From the NCBI GenBank assembly GCA_951406725.2, contig OX597816.1:25606001-25670000 (forward strand): DNA of 64,000 nucleotides. The letters run 5' to 3'. Origin of the DNA: Octopus vulgaris. Lineage: Eukaryota. Below the pieces are notes generated by a model, which did not search any database, was not told where the DNA came from, and saw only the letters and a program-made list of their open reading frames with translations. Below are positions 1 through 64,000 of this stretch, in pieces (position 1 is the first letter of the stretch; every line of letters starts with the position of its first letter). A program made the position numbers and the translations under genes.

Positions 1-1255
1 GTTTACCTACAGTTCCTGAGATTAACGAAGGCCACGATGCAAGGGTTATTGACAAACAATTAAGAAGATATACCAACATCTGTAAGTATGCAAAAGGAAC
101 CGGAACTGTTTTGAAAACTGGAGATCAGAGACTCAAAGAGAAGTAACTGACAGGTTTTTACCTAACAATGTGAGAGAAATAACTGATTTGACGATGCAAA
201 GGACATTATAGATTTTTAAAACAGGGAGATTACCTAGCAGGTGTTTATAAAACAACAAAAACTAAAATTTCAGTTTAAAATTTAACGAGATATTGGAAAA
301 AAGTTTTATTGGAAAAAATATTATTAGAAAAATATTGTAAATCCTTGTTTTTATTATGGTCCATACTGTGTGGAAATTGTTGACAGGTGAGTTTTTTTTC
401 TAAATGATACTCCACCTGTTCACTGGCCCTTACTTTCCCAAGTGTCTTTTTCTTTTAGAGATACAGGCTTTCGATTATTTAACCTCTTCACTTATTTACA
501 GCTAAAGCGATTGTTAGAAATTTGTGGATCAACAGTTATTTGGAGGTGAGAAAATACAACTCAGCACAAAGCTGTCTCAGGTTTGTATGGGTCATGTTGC
601 TTCTTCCTCATATGATAGTCTTCCATTTCTCACCCCTAATCTCCTTGTCAGCAACCCTAATCAGAGATACTTCAGGATTTTTACGATTCAGTTATTTTCC
701 TTATCTTGTGGTCTCACATTCTCTCCTATTTACTGGCTGTTCTCATGTCAAATAATTTGACAATGACGACACTAAGCTTTGTTAGAATACCCAAATATTT
801 ACAACCGCACTATATATCCATATGTAATTTTAATAAATTAATATTGTGCAAGTGGTACATATGAATTGTTTCATTTAATGAATATTTGTTGATTGACAAC
901 TAGTTAAGGTCTATACATTTTAGTATTGGTACAGATGAAAACAGATATGAGGATAAAAGCATCGATGTATTATTTCTTATTCCAAATATGAAGGGTGATC
1001 GTATGGGAAAGATTAACTTCATAAGACAAAAGACCTCATCCTAGTTTCTAGTGAATGGAAGCTTTATGTTTAAGAGTAATATTTATGTTAGATGGATAGT
1101 ATTTTGTCTTTTGCCATGCCAGGATTGCAGTATTTCAGGATATAGACTATAAAGCCTTATTTGGTTTATATTTGGTTTATATATTACATGTGAGGGTAAA
1201 ATATTCAGTAGACAATATTGAGAACACAATAATGTTTATTTCTCTTCGTTCGATT

Positions 1256-1500
1256 AGGTCGAAGTTTGAGGAAACTCCGATGGAAACCCGAAGTGTCACG
1301 ATTGTGAAAACCGATCGTAGGAAACGGATATAGAGGCAAAAGACCAATCGAGCCGTTTAGTATCTGGTTGCCTCTGAAGTTTCACTTAGGGCAGCGGTAC
1401 CACTCGGAAACGCCTCGCAGTTCTGTTCAGTGAACAAGACGTTTGAAGTACCCGGGACGGTGAGGGCCTTGATCTACTACTGCGCTCAGAAAGGGTGAGT
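1256..1500 (+). pseudogene. Decayed 28S (LSU) rDNA fragment
   Basis: Co-linear similarity to conserved LSU sequence GAAGCCAGAGGAAACTCTGGTGGA...TATAGGGGCGAAAGACTAATCGAACCATCTAGTAGCTGGTTCCCTCCGAAGTTTCCCTCAGGATAGC...GGGTAAG, with many substitutions. Confidence 0.85.
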
Positions 1501-2155
1501 TATTATTTTTAAAGTGTCAAAAATATCAGAAAACAAGAAAATGAACAAGACAAGCGAACCAAAACTCGAAACAACATTGTCAAATGAGGTAAATTTTTAT
1601 TTTTGGAAATATCGTTACATGTTATTGACATATGCAAGAAAGAAAATATGACGGGGTTGGTAGATTGACCTCCACGCAGCAAAGAAGATTAAATGTTTCG
1701 TCCTGAAAAAGAATTAAAAAATGTTTAATTATTTATTCCAACATACAAACGCTTACAAAACCAGGGACGCCCAGTTTAGTTACACAGCTTGGCAAGTTGT
1801 GCCACTTTATCAGAACCCATACTCTTGCAAGCATCTGCGCCAGATCTTTGGTGTCAGGATATATTCCTTCACCCCTTCCTCTATAATTAGAGCACTTATT
1901 AAAGGCAAGGGCATTTTCTCGTTCTTCTTGACATAAAACAATTTTATGCATTTATTAGACTGTGGAACTTTCTGCGATAGCCGCACGGTTTTCTGAGTTC
2001 ACGTTTTATAATACAGTATACGCAATTGTGTAGTATCAAAGTGAAATACCCATTTACTGGGGTATTCGTCTCTTATTGACGTACTGTGTTAAAACCTCTA
2101 AATATAGGAGGGAGATGAAAATTTGCTCCACGACCCGCTAGCGAGAACGCTATTT

Positions 2156-2212
<57 letters not shown>

Positions 2213-2282
2213 TCCCTTTGGATATATATATATATATATATATATTTCTGATTGCAGTATTATTAAATCGATAACGTGAAAT

Positions 2283-2407
<125 letters not shown>

Positions 2408-2491
2408 CATATTGCAGTCTTTATAGATATATATATATATATATATATATAACATATTGCAGTCTTTATATATATATATATATATATGCAG

Positions 2492-2551
<60 letters not shown>

Positions 2552-2571
2552 GTCTTTATATATATATATAC

Positions 2572-2644
<73 letters not shown>

Positions 2645-2760
2645 ATACCTACACGCACACACAAACACACACACATATACTTATATAATGTAAACTTTCT
2701 TAGAAGCCTGTGTCAACATTAGCCTCGTACAGTCTCGTTATATAAAATCAGCATTTATAA

Positions 2761-63646
<60,886 letters not shown>

Positions 63647-63744
63647 CTAACAGAATAATAAGCATTAGAACAGATAAGTTAGTTCATAATATTTAATGGT
63701 AAAAGTAGAAAACAATAGGAAATATACAGTATTTTCTATTCTAT

Positions 63745-64000
63745 GCACAAGGCTAGAAATTTTTGGGGAAAGGGCCAATCGATTAGATCGACTCCAGTAT
63801 GCAACTGGTACTGAATTCATCAACCATGAAAGGATGAAAGGCAAAGCTGACCTCGGCGGAAATTGAACTCAGAATCTAAAAACAAACGAAATACCACTAA
63901 ACATTTCGCCCGGCGTGCTAACGTTTATTATTTCTTTATTGCCCACAAGGGGCTAAACATAGAGGGGACGAACAAGGATAGACAAACGGATTAAGTCGAT
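63745..64000 (-). mobile_element. SINE family B copies at the window edge
   Basis: Match to 52710-53120. Confidence 0.7.

Noticed and set aside
1-760. Short + strand ORFs and a possible small intron near 388-458
   Set aside because: No recognisable protein motif and frequent stops; the splice-like sites alone are not enough

Overview
AT-rich, microsatellite-dense animal genomic DNA. The SINE families and the (TA)n/(CA)n/(TATC)n density suggest Octopus, which is an inference. One gene on the minus strand spans the whole window, and its 5' end lies beyond position 64000. I could trace 35 exons with GT-AG boundaries and consistent phases. They are 28 EGF-like exons, each exactly 111 nt and phase 1-1, followed by VWD (2 exons), C8, TIL, TILa+EGF-like and two PAN/Apple exons ending at a stop codon at 2761. 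This gives about 1590 codons of a probably secreted protein resembling fibropellin plus zonadhesin/FCGBP, with no C-terminal transmembrane segment. Four EGF exons are recent near-identical duplicates that carry their flanking intron sequence. The introns contain two young CR1-like LINEs head-to-tail inside one (TA)n tract, and one of them has two CCCH zinc fingers that the ORF track misses. They also contain Helitron, mariner, maT (DD37D), RTE and Penelope remnants, three tRNA-like SINE families (one shares its 3' tail with the LINE), and a 5'-truncated U6 pseudogene joined to a SINE. Several Penelope-type hammerhead ribozyme-like motifs sit in foldback elements. A decayed 28S rDNA fragment lies downstream of the gene. 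All calls were made by eye, with no database searches.
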